64,000 nt of DNA from Clostridia bacterium (GCA_029055875.1 JAIDCJ010000019.1:26897-90896); one strand, 5' to 3'. Positions 37,232 through 47,984 are shown, counted from the first letter of the stretch. A program made the numbers and translations. The notes: generated by a model not told the origin, from the sequence alone.

Positions 37232-37540
37232 TTAGCTCTTTGGTGCGCGGTCCGTAAACTCAACCTGTGCATTGATGAGCTTTACGGCTACGCGCTTTTC
37301 ATCGTTCTTCTCATAGAGATCGATGTCAAGGTCTCCCGCTGCAAAAATGCCGGCACCCTTTTTGAGATACTTCTCGCAATTCTCGGCAACCTTGCCCCAA
37401 ACTTCCACACGGAGTACATCCGGCGCTTCTTTGCCGGGACGGTTGGATGCTACGGTAAGAGTGCAAACTTTCTTGTCGTCTCCGACGGCCTTGGTCTCGG
37501 GATCCTTTACGAGGTTCCCCTGGATTTGTGTTTTTATCAT
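37232..37540 (-). CDS. ssb: single-stranded DNA-binding protein (short, no acidic C-terminal tip)
   Basis: OB-fold SSB pattern (QGNLVKDPE...VEVWGKVAENCEKYLKKG..V..G.L). Confidence 0.7.
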   Translation of the reverse strand: MIKTQIQGNLVKDPETKAVGDDKKVCTLTVASNRPGKEAPDVLRVEVWGKVAENCEKYLKKGAGIFAAGDLDIDLYEKNDEKRVAVKLINAQVEFTDRAPKS

Positions 37541-37576
37541 ACTTTTCTCCTTTCCGCTCGCGCGGTATAAAATTTC

Positions 37577-40237
37577 TTAAATCGGTGTCTGAATATCTCC
37601 ACGCTCAAGCATGGCTACAGCATCCGGATAATCGAACAAAGTATAAACGACGTCGGAAGCGACGACCTTAAAGCTCGTCCGCTCTCCGGGCGAACAGATT
37701 ACAAAACATTCGCCGTTCCCGGCATTTGCAATTTGGTTGCGCTCCGTATCGTTTATTTCTCCCGCCGAGCGGTAAAGCTCCGTGAGGAGCGATAAGTCAC
37801 CCGCTGCCAGGGAGAAGATAAATGAGTACTGTGTGTTATTGATGATGGCCGTTGTTTTCTGAACTATTGCTTCATTTCCGATTATATCAGAAAGGTTCTG
37901 CGTTAGGAACATCATAGCGCCCTCGTACTTTCTAATTCGCTTGTACCATTGATAAACGAAATCAAGCGCAATCGGATATTCGGGATCAATAAAATTATAG
38001 CCCTCGTCGATTGCTACGAACGGATGAATCTTCTTTGTGGAATTACGATTTGTTTCGCGGATATTGATTATTTGCTGATCGAGATACCGCATGATAACAA
38101 GCATCTGTGCGTTGGCAACGACGTTGTTCTTTGCTCCAAGCAGCGATTGGAAGTTAAACACTACAAAGCGTTCATCCGACTTTAACGTCGAAGGTCCATT
38201 CCACAACATGGAAAAGCGGCCGCCCGCTGCGAACTTCGCAACGTATGTTTGCACGCGCTCCAGGTTGGCCCGTTTCGAAGGCAACGTCTCCGATTTTAGT
38301 TTCTCTTCCACCGTCTTCATGAGGTCATCGAACGTCGGATAGTCTTCTGCATGGAGCTGCGTGAAATCTGTCTGCTCCGTAATGCCGCGCTTCTCGTAAA
38401 CCTCAGAAAGAATGTTATTGAGTTCTTCAAGGCTATCAGACGTAATTCCTGCAAGCGTTATCCTGAAAAAGCTCTCAAGAAACTGCAAGTGCGACGAAAA
38501 AACCACCTCAGGCGACGCTGGATTACCGTCATCCGTGAGGATCTGATAAACGTGCAAAGGATTGATTCTCCCCTCAGTCGCGTTCCCGACGTCAATAAAA
38601 CGCCCGCCTACGTTCCTGCAAAGATTGATATATTCATTTTCGGGATCCAGCACGTATATCTTTGTATTCTCTGAGTACACAAGAGAAAGCAACGTCTTTG
38701 TGAAAAAGGATTTGCCGGAACCGGACTTTCCGATCGCTATGATATTGCTGTTTATGTAGCGCTGGTTCCGTTTCCATATATCGAGGACCACCGGATAATT
38801 ATCATATCCGAGCGTGAGCCCTTCCGTTTCAATAATCGAAGAAAACACAAAAGGAAATACCGCAGCGAGCGTTTCGGAATTGATGCCGCGTTCAAGGCGG
38901 CGAAGACCTGTTTTTCTCGATACGGTAGCAGCGGCAAACGCATCGAACTGACGTCCATGGAGAAAATTCAGCTTAAATCCCGCCGCAGTAATCTCTCTTC
39001 GAATCTCCTTCTTGAATGCCGAAACCGCTTCTTTCGAATTGTTAAAGCCTGTTATCGTGAAAGTACAATCGAATAGAAGCTCGTTCTCGTTCTGAATAGT
39101 CTGTGCGAGCTCTGCAATCGTCTGCACGTTCGTCTCCTGGCTTATGGCCTCGCTCAGCTTTCCGCTTCCCGTCTGCGACTGAAGCTCTACAACGGCGCGA
39201 TCCAAACGCTTGATTGCCTTACTCTTCTCTACAGGCTTTATCGTCAATACTACTTTTGTGTTATCGATATTAAAGATACCTGCACCCCATGCGTTTGTAA
39301 CAAATAGAGGATAATCGGATATAGCGCACGTAAACGATATTACGTCGTCGCAAATGCAGGACGATGCTGTGAACTTCACGTTTTCGGGTTTAATCCAATC
39401 CGCATATTGCTCCGGTGTCAGATTGTCAATTTCACGCTCATCGAAGTTTCTCGTATAGCAATACTTGAAAAAAACGGCGACGTCTTTTGCGCCGAGTAAT
39501 TCAGTATCGAGCCCGGCACGTCCTATTTCTGCGCATACAAGATTTATTTGTTGGTACAAATTCTTCTTCTCGGTATCATAGACTACGAAATAATAGAACG
39601 GCCGATACTGCTTCTCAATGTTGTTTATCGTATCGATTTGTTCCAGGCGGCTTTGCAAAATCATTACTTTCGCCTTGTCGATTGGCTTTTCCGCGCGTGC
39701 AGCTTCGAGCTTTTGGAAGATAGGAGCCGCGACGTCATCGTAATTGATAGGCCTATCGATTTTAACGATTTGCAAAACGGCGCTTTCGCCGAGCATATTC
39801 AGAAGTCTTGCAAGGATGGATATTCTCTTGTTTTGCTCAAATTCATCAAGGAGCGCAAACTCAACGCTTCCGATAGAAATAACTGCCCCGAAATATTTAC
39901 CATAATTGACAATTCCATCATCATCGATGCTCTCAAACGGTATCAGGTTGGAGACGTCCGCTTTCTGTTTCTTTGCTCCCTTTGTGTACTTTTTCCTGGA
40001 TGCAAGGTATTTGAGCAGATATACAATAATGTTGTAAGTTCTTTCATTCTCGTCTGAAAAGAAAAGAATAATCGAGAACCCAACGAAGACAGCCAATAAA
40101 ATCCATTTATAGGTGAAGTTCGTCATAGCTATCAATAACGCAATGCCCATCAATGCAATCGCAAGAAAAAGATCAAAGATGGTAAAGTTTCTCCACAACG
40201 TTGCGTTGACTTTACTCTTTTTAGGTATCATCCTCAT
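37577..40237 (-). CDS. VirB4-family conjugative ATPase with an N-terminal VirB3/PrgI-like two-TM module
   Basis: Walker A GKSGSGKSF and Walker B VAIDEG. The N-terminal 70 aa is hydrophobic. Confidence 0.85.
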   Translation of the reverse strand: MRMIPKKSKVNATLWRNFTIFDLFLAIALMGIALLIAMTNFTYKWILLAVFVGFSIILFFSDENERTYNIIVYLLKYLASRKKYTKGAKKQKADVSNLIPFESIDDDGIVNYGKYFGAVISIGSVEFALLDEFEQNKRISILARLLNMLGESAVLQIVKIDRPINYDDVAAPIFQKLEAARAEKPIDKAKVMILQSRLEQIDTINNIEKQYRPFYYFVVYDTEKKNLYQQINLVCAEIGRAGLDTELLGAKDVAVFFKYCYTRNFDEREIDNLTPEQYADWIKPENVKFTASSCICDDVISFTCAISDYPLFVTNAWGAGIFNIDNTKVVLTIKPVEKSKAIKRLDRAVVELQSQTGSGKLSEAISQETNVQTIAELAQTIQNENELLFDCTFTITGFNNSKEAVSAFKKEIRREITAAGFKLNFLHGRQFDAFAAATVSRKTGLRRLERGINSETLAAVFPFVFSSIIETEGLTLGYDNYPVVLDIWKRNQRYINSNIIAIGKSGSGKSFFTKTLLSLVYSENTKIYVLDPENEYINLCRNVGGRFIDVGNATEGRINPLHVYQILTDDGNPASPEVVFSSHLQFLESFFRITLAGITSDSLEELNNILSEVYEKRGITEQTDFTQLHAEDYPTFDDLMKTVEEKLKSETLPSKRANLERVQTYVAKFAAGGRFSMLWNGPSTLKSDERFVVFNFQSLLGAKNNVVANAQMLVIMRYLDQQIINIRETNRNSTKKIHPFVAIDEGYNFIDPEYPIALDFVYQWYKRIRKYEGAMMFLTQNLSDIIGNEAIVQKTTAIINNTQYSFIFSLAAGDLSLLTELYRSAGEINDTERNQIANAGNGECFVICSPGERTSFKVVASDVVYTLFDYPDAVAMLERGDIQTPI

Positions 40238-41928
40238 TTCTTAGTATCTCCTCTTTGGGACTGGCTCGATTTGTTCTTCAGTTGCTGAGAAGTCGCATTT
40301 TTCGCAAGAGCGCTATTCTGCCCTTCGGCCTTTCCCGCAGGAGCTGCGGCTTGCGAGGTTCCGTCTTTTTCAAATGCGTCGCTCTGATTGTCCTTCCCGC
40401 GCAAATTATCAACCACAACGTGTTGCGCAGGACGATCCACAAGCCCACGGTCTTGGGGCGATGCAACGCGACCGATCTTCCGCATGGCGCTTCCGAATTT
40501 AGATCCCATAAATTGCTGCCCGCCGGTCTTTTCGCCCACATAGTTGCCTGCCTTGGCCAACGAAGGGATGAGACCTTGTCTCTGCCTTCCGTATTTGTTC
40601 TGACCGCCGAAAACCATATTCTTTGCGCCGCGTGCAATTCCACCAGCTGCGCCAATGCCTGCCATCAACGTACGGGCCGCGTTTGCCATTTCCCGCCCTT
40701 CTTCAGCGCTCGTACCCATTAAACGCGCCACAAGAAGCTGACCGCCGCTAATGCTCAGCGCCCCGCCGATAAGAAGAAACATTTTGAAAATGTTCTGCGC
40801 CGCTGAGCTCACACCAAATCCTAGGCTTAACGAAGTAATCGGGCCGATCATCAAGATAAAGACGTTGATTGCTATTACCGCGCCGTAGGCAAGAACGACC
40901 TTCGATACGACTGCATCGCGCCAGGCTTTGAAGCGCGCGCCGTCGTCAAGAGGAATTGTGGCGCTCACCAAAGGCAGCGCGATAAATAATATCACTAAAT
41001 CGTAGATGCGCTTCACGAGGCCGAGCATCGACCATACAAGCGCAACCAGGATGATAACCATGGTGAGATACGCAAGGAAAATATTGAAGCTGTCAAGATA
41101 CACAATCGGTTCCCTGCCGCTTTTATAACCGGCATCAGATTGTTCAAATAAACCCAGCCAGTCCTTTTTATGTACGCCGAAAACGTCATCAACCGTTTGC
41201 GTATCGAAGTTTAAGTCATAAATGCTCTTTTGTATGTTTTGCTTTTCGTCCCTGTAATAGCCGCCTTCCATAACACGAATATAATCCCCGCCCTTTCCGA
41301 CATATACGTATCTCTTATTGCCATCTTCATCAGTTTGACAAAGGTAATCGCCGTTTTCAGAGGGTTCGTATTTGTAGTCGTAACTTATAACTTGACGTTT
41401 TGAAACAATATTTCCATCCGAGTCATATTCGTATTCCCACGATACAATTTGATTTTCTTCATCGTAAACGTATGTAGACTCCACGCACATATCGAAGATC
41501 CTCACGCTCAGCGATACGTCCTCGTTTTCGACTGTAGCGTTGTAGACCTGCACAAGAATACCGTCTGCAAAAGAAATCCCGATAACCATGACAAGCGCCA
41601 TCACAAGCGTATTAAAGAGCGCGAAGACACCTCGCCCGGCAATAGAAACCTGCGACTTCCGTTCCCCGCCTTTCAGGTTCACGATGTTCTTTATGATGGC
41701 AACTATCACGGCTGCAGCGGCTATAACAATGGAGACAAGGAATACCATTAAAAAGGCTTTCGTTATGACGTTGGATGAGAGGAAAACGTCCATGAGCGAA
41801 CCCTCTTCGCCGTTTACTTCCACTTTTTCGATGCCGACAAGCACCTTGAATAACGTGAACACCGTATCAAGGAATTTGTATGCAGAGAAAAGAAGCCGCG
41901 CAAATAGTTTTTTAATTAAAATTCCCAT
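40234..41928 (-). CDS. polytopic T4SS membrane protein (VirB6 analogue) with a disordered Gly/Ala/Gln-rich tail
   Basis: Seven or more predicted TM segments and an extracytoplasmic loop of ~170 aa. Positioned between the VirB2-like gene and virB4. Confidence 0.45.
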   Translation of the reverse strand: MGILIKKLFARLLFSAYKFLDTVFTLFKVLVGIEKVEVNGEEGSLMDVFLSSNVITKAFLMVFLVSIVIAAAAVIVAIIKNIVNLKGGERKSQVSIAGRGVFALFNTLVMALVMVIGISFADGILVQVYNATVENEDVSLSVRIFDMCVESTYVYDEENQIVSWEYEYDSDGNIVSKRQVISYDYKYEPSENGDYLCQTDEDGNKRYVYVGKGGDYIRVMEGGYYRDEKQNIQKSIYDLNFDTQTVDDVFGVHKKDWLGLFEQSDAGYKSGREPIVYLDSFNIFLAYLTMVIILVALVWSMLGLVKRIYDLVILFIALPLVSATIPLDDGARFKAWRDAVVSKVVLAYGAVIAINVFILMIGPITSLSLGFGVSSAAQNIFKMFLLIGGALSISGGQLLVARLMGTSAEEGREMANAARTLMAGIGAAGGIARGAKNMVFGGQNKYGRQRQGLIPSLAKAGNYVGEKTGGQQFMGSKFGSAMRKIGRVASPQDRGLVDRPAQHVVVDNLRGKDNQSDAFEKDGTSQAAAPAGKAEGQNSALAKNATSQQLKNKSSQSQRGDTKK

Positions 41929-41937
41929 AGACGTTCC

Positions 41938-42261
41938 CTATTCATTAACCCAAGTTTGGAAGACCGAAATAAGGATTGGCAGCAGTGCAGCGACAGCAAA
42001 CATGATAACGACTCCGACCACAACACCAACTGTCGCGGTTTTTGCTTCTTTGCGCTTTTGCTCATCGCCACCGGCGCGCCACCATTTCAAACCAATCCAT
42101 ACACCGAGGATTGTACAAGCTGCTGCGAGAATCGCAATCGTGGGCACCCACATGGAATTGAACATATCCGTAAGTTTGGTTTGGAAATCGCTCCAATCAC
42201 CACTCGATACCATCAAATTTCCTAACATCGATGCCAGCAAGTTTCCTAAAAGTTGTTGCAT
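41938..42261 (-). CDS. small two-TM protein, VirB2/TrbC pilin-like topology
   Basis: Leader-like N-terminus, then two hydrophobic helices separated by the basic loop KWWRAGGDEQKRKEAK. Confidence 0.4.
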   Translation of the reverse strand: MQQLLGNLLASMLGNLMVSSGDWSDFQTKLTDMFNSMWVPTIAILAAACTILGVWIGLKWWRAGGDEQKRKEAKTATVGVVVGVVIMFAVAALLPILISVFQTWVNE

Positions 42262-42305
42262 TTTTTAACCTCCGTTTTTTTGTGTTTTTATATATACAGC
42301 GTTTT

Positions 42306-42327
42306 TGTACGTACAAACGTACGTACA
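42306..42327. promoter_or_regulatory. GTACGTAC tandem pair (d), between the adhesin and VirB2-like genes
   Basis: TGTACGTACA-aa-CGTACGTACA. Confidence 0.7.
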
Positions 42328-42342
42328 TTCTTCGCTGGAATT

Positions 42343-45300
42343 TTATCTAACGCCTTGCCTTTTGCGCATCACAACCAATCCCACGGCAGCTCCCGCTACC
42401 ACAACGCAAGCGAGAACAATGCAAACAATTCCCGCGACGTTGACGTATTGCAAACTGACTTCATACGTATTCGAATTGCCGTAAGCATCTGTCAGAACAA
42501 CACGATAATCACCTTTTTCCGTCAAGGCTTTTCCGATCGAGTAGTTTATCAATTTACCGTTTCGGTAAACCTCTACCGTCACGTTCTCTTTGCTGAGTGC
42601 TTCAATCGTAATCTGATGTCCGCTCTTTACGATTTCAGCCGTAGGCGCTACGGAATCAACCGTAAGATTTAGCATATAAGCGCCATCTGGCCCATCAAAT
42701 TCAAGCACATAACGTCCGTCACGTGTGAGACATAATAAATTCCCTTCAAGAACGTTCACAACGCTGCCATCCAGGAGCGCCGTTACTGCATAGCCTTCGG
42801 GAACGGTGAGTACAAATTCTCTCGCCGTTTTCGGAAGGATCTCGAACGAGAACTCAACTGAGTTCCCAAGGGAATCATAAGCAGTTAAGGCATATTTCCC
42901 GGCCTCTTTTATCGTGCCGCCCTTGAATGCTATTGCCCCGCCATCTGCGGTCAAAACAATTTCGCCCATGGGCTCATTGAACGCAAAGCTGATATTGTCT
43001 GTAATGAACTGCCCGGGCAAAAGCGGCTTCGAAAGCGTAACGTCAACGGACCTATCAATGCTAAACGTGCGCGTGGTAATGTTCCCGGCATAGTCCTTTG
43101 CCGTTATTGTATAGCGGCCTTCCTCATCGAGCAAAATTTCGTCCGTAAAATCCTGCACGTAACCGTCCAACGAATACGTAGCGGACAAATAATCCGAAAC
43201 AGATACCTTGACGTTCCCCCGCGTTGCCCCTTTCGCATTTAGCTCGAGATCAGAATGCAATTCGATTTCGGGCGGTGTAAAGTCTATGATGAACGTGAGC
43301 TGCACGTCGTTGCCGACCGCATCGCAGATGTAAACGGTGTAAACGTCTTCCGCTCTTATCGTTTCTCCGAGTTGGAAGGTATTGCCACGTTCAGAAGTAA
43401 CCTCAAATACTCTGTAATCTTCCGTAATATTGAGTTTTAACCATGTTCGGGAAGCATAAGTGCGATTTGCATACTCTTGGAACGTTCCCAAAACGGTGTA
43501 GAACACATTTCTATCAATCGTTACAAAGAACGTCGTCGCATTTCCGATTCGGTCAGTTATACGGAAGTAATAAACCCCTGCATCAATGCACGATTCCCCG
43601 GAATACGTTACAAATGCGCCCTCTTTCCGTTTCCACTCGATAACGGCATCGTCTTCGTCACACGAAACGCTGAAGGCATGGTTCGTCGTGCTATCAGCAT
43701 CAAGTACTGAACCATCCTCTGCCGTTATTAGCGGCATCGGCGACGTTTGGTCGATAATGAACCGAAGCGTGAGCTCGTTGCCGGCCACGTCGCAGATATA
43801 AACCGTGTAAACGTCTTCTGCTCTTATAGCTTCTCCCGGCTTGAAGGTGTTCCCGCGCTCTGAAGTCACTTCAAACAAGGAATAATTCTCTTTCAAAACA
43901 AGTGAGATGTTCCCTCTTGAAAGATAGCAATAATCACCTTCATAGATGTAGGTCCCATTTCCACCGATAGAAAATGAAACATTTTGGTCGATCATCATTG
44001 TGAACTCATAAACGTTATTTACGCGGTCATACATCCTGAACGTGTAAATCCCCTCGGCCTCGATAACTTCGCCCGTATAGCTCGAAGCGCTACCGCTTCC
44101 AATCGAAAGACTTATTTGAACGTTATCCTCAGCACACGAAACTGTAAACGCACAATTCGTCGAGCTGTTCGGCGCGAGCTCGAAGCCGTCCACCGTTGTA
44201 ATAATCGGCACGGGCGGCAGCACGTCGATTATTACCGTCAATTCCAGGAAGTTTCCATAGAGGTCACAAACGGAAAAATAATAAGTGCCATCAATGGTGA
44301 GCGCTTGTCCGTTTGTAACGCTAACACCGTTGCTCGACGTGCAAACGAATGAAGACGTCTTTTCCGTAATAATTAGCGTTACGGCCGACTTGGAAATGTA
44401 GCTCCCGTCTTCAAGCTCTGAATAACTGCCTTCAAGCCTATAACTCACAATGTTGTCGAGCGTAATCGTAAACGACGTAACGTTTCCGATCGCATCGCGC
44501 GCCTCGAAAACATAGGTACCATACTGTGTAAAGATGTCGCCCTTCACATACTTCGCAGCGCCCAATGAACCGAGCGAACTTTCTTGTCGGTAATAATAGA
44601 CTGAAACGTTCGCCTCATCCCATCCGACGTAGAAATCGTAACGAATAACGCTGTCAAGCTGCACCTCGTTACCTGAGCTCGTAAAAGCGGAAATTTCGGG
44701 TGGAATACAATCGATTTCGAATTGATATTCCGTAAAAAGGTTCATATCTTCCGTCACGTAAAGGAAGATCTTGAACAAACGGCTCGTGGATGCGGATGCA
44801 GCAATCGAGGCCACAGACGTTCTTTCGCCAGTTGAAAGACTGAACAAGTCATCGGTTGCTTCGGTCCATTTGCCTTCGTTCCACACGTAAAGAATTACAC
44901 CGCAATTCGCTGAGAAAGTGAATTTGACGTCACTTTTAGTAATTCCCCCATCTTTTACTCCCGCAAAAACACCGGAAGGCAAACCCTTCATATAGAAGAG
45001 CGGGCCTATTTCAGACGTCCTTCCATAAATGTCAGTGATTCTAATGAGGTACTTCCCGCCCGTTCGGAGAATGTAGGAAAGATTTTCGGGTGAAATAACA
45101 GTTCCGTCATCATCTACGTAAATTGGAATTTCCTCGCCTGTATAGCTAACTTTGTACAATGCGATCGATACAATAGCATTATTCGAATCGTTATTTACAA
45201 CGGTTAGCGTGCACCTGGTCTCGCTTGTCAACGAGCTATGAGCAACGGTTATTTCTTCACCCGCTATTCGAAGTGTTAATTTTAGGCTATTGAAACTCCT

Positions 45301-47973
45301 GTCGTAAACGACGACTTCATAGGATCCCCAAAAACCGTTCTCATAGTTTAGAACCGGGAGCTCGTCGCCTTGTACGTAAATCATGCCAGCCAGGTTTCTA
45401 CCATTGATGTAAACCATGGAGTATTCGTCCACCGCATCGAAGATAGAATTGAGTTCTACCGATATGTAACGCAATAGGTTAGCATTCTCTGAAACAAATG
45501 CTTCGTTAAAGACGATGCCCTCTTTATTACCGTTTCCGTATTCAACGTTTGCATTGAGCACGGGAAGCTCGGTATCGATAAAAATTAGATACTGCTCGAT
45601 GTTTCCGCAAAGGTCCTGCTCTGTAACTAGATAATAGCCGTGATACCACGCATCTGAAGCCTTCAATATGGTTTCCAGCTTTTGCCCGTATTGAATACCT
45701 ATCTCAACCCCGTTCTGCATCGATACTCCATTAAAAACGAACTGAATTGCACCGGATATTTTATTTCCCGTCACTCCTATCTTTGGAGCCGTAAAAACAT
45801 AGTTGTGATTTGCAAGATAAAGCGGCAGTTTTGAATATTTGGAAAGTGCCGAAGGCAACACAAGGTTTTGTTGCGTAAGTGCATCCGGGCGCGTTACTCC
45901 GTTTCCGTCTGTCGGATTAAGTACGGTCGCACCGTTGGGCGGTAAAGTACGTCGGTCCGAAATGTAAGAACTAGCATACTTTGTCATTACCGCTTCGAGC
46001 TCTTCGTATGAACTGTAAACTTGCGCAACGCTTTCATTCGCAATGTTGACGTAGCTATAACGTCCACCGGAAAGCTCTTCCACTCGGTATTCCCTTTCTT
46101 TTGCCATTGCAAAGGAGAATGCGGCTTCATACGTAGCAAAGCTGTATGCGCCCGCTATGTTTGTATAAATTTTTGCGGGTAGCGTAACGGTGTACCAAGT
46201 TGATGCTTTATAGCCGTTCTTGATCTCTTCTAAGTTTTCAAACGTATCACGTACAAACAATCGAACGCTATACCACGCGCTAACGTTCCCGGCCATATCG
46301 TACGCTCGGAACTGCCATTCTCCGAAATTCTCTTTTTCGGACGAAATAGAAACGGCCGAACTCTCTTCCGTCATATTTTGCCCGCTCGGATCACGATATA
46401 CGATTTTTTCAAAGTCATAGTTATCGGTAACCGAAAACACAAAAGAATGATTAGTGTATTTAATACGGTCTGAATATTCAGATGCTTTATCTACCGTAGG
46501 CGCCGTTCTATCGATGACAAAATAATATGATGTGCTATTTTGTGCTCTATCGCTTATCGTAAGGATGTATCTTCCTTCGTCTGAAAACGTCTTTTGACTA
46601 CAATCGGTTGATGCACTCGATGGAAAGCTACTTCCAGTTGAGCGCGAATATTTTACTGTCAGAGCATCACTAGCATTTGTGAGCGGCGTTCCAGCTCCAC
46701 CAATAGTTGAATCCCACGAAATCGAAACCAAACTGCCATTGGTATAACCGCCATCCGCAACGCCGGAGAGTTTGAGCGTGGGAGCATTTTTATCGATAGT
46801 AAAGGTATATGACGAGCTATTCCCTGCCCTGTCGGTTATCGTCATTAGATAGTTGCCCTCTTCGGTCAACGCTGTCCGTTTATCGTACGGTATAGATGCC
46901 GACGTCGGAAAGTCTTTACCGGTACTGTAATCATACATGACGGTTAGTTTGTCGTTTTCATTCGAGCGCTGTGAATTTACCGTCGTAAACTCCTCGGTCC
47001 AGTTTGCAGTAACCACATTGCTCGTATATCCTTCGTTTGATACGCCGGAAAGAGAAAGCACGGGAGCCGATTTATCAATGGTAAAATGCTCTGTTGCTGT
47101 ATGCCCAGCATTATCGGTAAGCTTTATTGTGTAATTCCCTGCATCTGTAAATGTTCTTCCGCTTGAAAAACTGCCAATCGATGTTTCAACAAAACTTCCT
47201 TCATTACTCCGATAAGCAATCGACGACTGTACACCACTACAATAATCAGAACAATTTACTTTAACGGAATCATTTACAAATATTTCGCGGGAATTTAGGT
47301 ATTTATTATTTTTATCGTAAAGTGAAATACTCGGCGCATAATCATCCACCTTAAAAATTGCCGTTGCAATTATAAAATAGAGGTCCTTGTTGGATATACC
47401 GCTCTTCACCTCTTCTTGCAAAATTAGTTCCAATTCAAATAATCCCGATTGTTCCATTTCGCTTTTATGCACAATCACACTTTTTCCATAGCCACTATAT
47501 ATAGCCGTTGATTCGTAAGGATAAAGCGGATCTGATTCCATTCTTCTAACCATATAGTTGGCGCTAGAGGGAATCATAATCGAAATATCTGTGAAAAGAA
47601 AATATTCCCCATACCTTTCCCCAGTTCCATTAGATTGGTCCGTTTTGTACAAGTGAGCATATACGCTCTGATTACGCCATGTATAAGAGGTGGCAGTACC
47701 GGAATCTAATACGGTTGCATTATCTAAGGCCTCGGATGTTCCATTGAATCTTCTAGCAACTTTACTGACGTATGTGAAGCTTAAAGGATAAACCGACTTG
47801 ATTGATGCACCAGTAGTTAAATCAGACAATAGCTTCGCGTGCGTTTCGTCAGCTTCTTCATTCACGAAACTTTTCTCCCCCGAGGTCGTAACACCTAATA
47901 CAACGCCCGCAAAAATGACCATTATGCAGAATAATGCAATACATATTTTTCTAAATAAGCTAATCCTTTTCAT
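42343..47973 (-). CDS. giant surface protein (1876 aa) of tandem Ig-like domains with a C-terminal TM anchor
   Basis: - N-terminal signal/anchor.
- More than 10 beta-rich modules ending in ..D.AGN...F.ID...P.
- C-terminal TM plus RKRQGVR.
- No LPXTG motif. Confidence 0.7.
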   Translation of the reverse strand: MKRISLFRKICIALFCIMVIFAGVVLGVTTSGEKSFVNEEADETHAKLLSDLTTGASIKSVYPLSFTYVSKVARRFNGTSEALDNATVLDSGTATSYTWRNQSVYAHLYKTDQSNGTGERYGEYFLFTDISIMIPSSANYMVRRMESDPLYPYESTAIYSGYGKSVIVHKSEMEQSGLFELELILQEEVKSGISNKDLYFIIATAIFKVDDYAPSISLYDKNNKYLNSREIFVNDSVKVNCSDYCSGVQSSIAYRSNEGSFVETSIGSFSSGRTFTDAGNYTIKLTDNAGHTATEHFTIDKSAPVLSLSGVSNEGYTSNVVTANWTEEFTTVNSQRSNENDKLTVMYDYSTGKDFPTSASIPYDKRTALTEEGNYLMTITDRAGNSSSYTFTIDKNAPTLKLSGVADGGYTNGSLVSISWDSTIGGAGTPLTNASDALTVKYSRSTGSSFPSSASTDCSQKTFSDEGRYILTISDRAQNSTSYYFVIDRTAPTVDKASEYSDRIKYTNHSFVFSVTDNYDFEKIVYRDPSGQNMTEESSAVSISSEKENFGEWQFRAYDMAGNVSAWYSVRLFVRDTFENLEEIKNGYKASTWYTVTLPAKIYTNIAGAYSFATYEAAFSFAMAKEREYRVEELSGGRYSYVNIANESVAQVYSSYEELEAVMTKYASSYISDRRTLPPNGATVLNPTDGNGVTRPDALTQQNLVLPSALSKYSKLPLYLANHNYVFTAPKIGVTGNKISGAIQFVFNGVSMQNGVEIGIQYGQKLETILKASDAWYHGYYLVTEQDLCGNIEQYLIFIDTELPVLNANVEYGNGNKEGIVFNEAFVSENANLLRYISVELNSIFDAVDEYSMVYINGRNLAGMIYVQGDELPVLNYENGFWGSYEVVVYDRSFNSLKLTLRIAGEEITVAHSSLTSETRCTLTVVNNDSNNAIVSIALYKVSYTGEEIPIYVDDDGTVISPENLSYILRTGGKYLIRITDIYGRTSEIGPLFYMKGLPSGVFAGVKDGGITKSDVKFTFSANCGVILYVWNEGKWTEATDDLFSLSTGERTSVASIAASASTSRLFKIFLYVTEDMNLFTEYQFEIDCIPPEISAFTSSGNEVQLDSVIRYDFYVGWDEANVSVYYYRQESSLGSLGAAKYVKGDIFTQYGTYVFEARDAIGNVTSFTITLDNIVSYRLEGSYSELEDGSYISKSAVTLIITEKTSSFVCTSSNGVSVTNGQALTIDGTYYFSVCDLYGNFLELTVIIDVLPPVPIITTVDGFELAPNSSTNCAFTVSCAEDNVQISLSIGSGSASSYTGEVIEAEGIYTFRMYDRVNNVYEFTMMIDQNVSFSIGGNGTYIYEGDYCYLSRGNISLVLKENYSLFEVTSERGNTFKPGEAIRAEDVYTVYICDVAGNELTLRFIIDQTSPMPLITAEDGSVLDADSTTNHAFSVSCDEDDAVIEWKRKEGAFVTYSGESCIDAGVYYFRITDRIGNATTFFVTIDRNVFYTVLGTFQEYANRTYASRTWLKLNITEDYRVFEVTSERGNTFQLGETIRAEDVYTVYICDAVGNDVQLTFIIDFTPPEIELHSDLELNAKGATRGNVKVSVSDYLSATYSLDGYVQDFTDEILLDEEGRYTITAKDYAGNITTRTFSIDRSVDVTLSKPLLPGQFITDNISFAFNEPMGEIVLTADGGAIAFKGGTIKEAGKYALTAYDSLGNSVEFSFEILPKTAREFVLTVPEGYAVTALLDGSVVNVLEGNLLCLTRDGRYVLEFDGPDGAYMLNLTVDSVAPTAEIVKSGHQITIEALSKENVTVEVYRNGKLINYSIGKALTEKGDYRVVLTDAYGNSNTYEVSLQYVNVAGIVCIVLACVVVAGAAVGLVVMRKRQGVR

Positions 47974-47984
47974 AATTCACTCCT

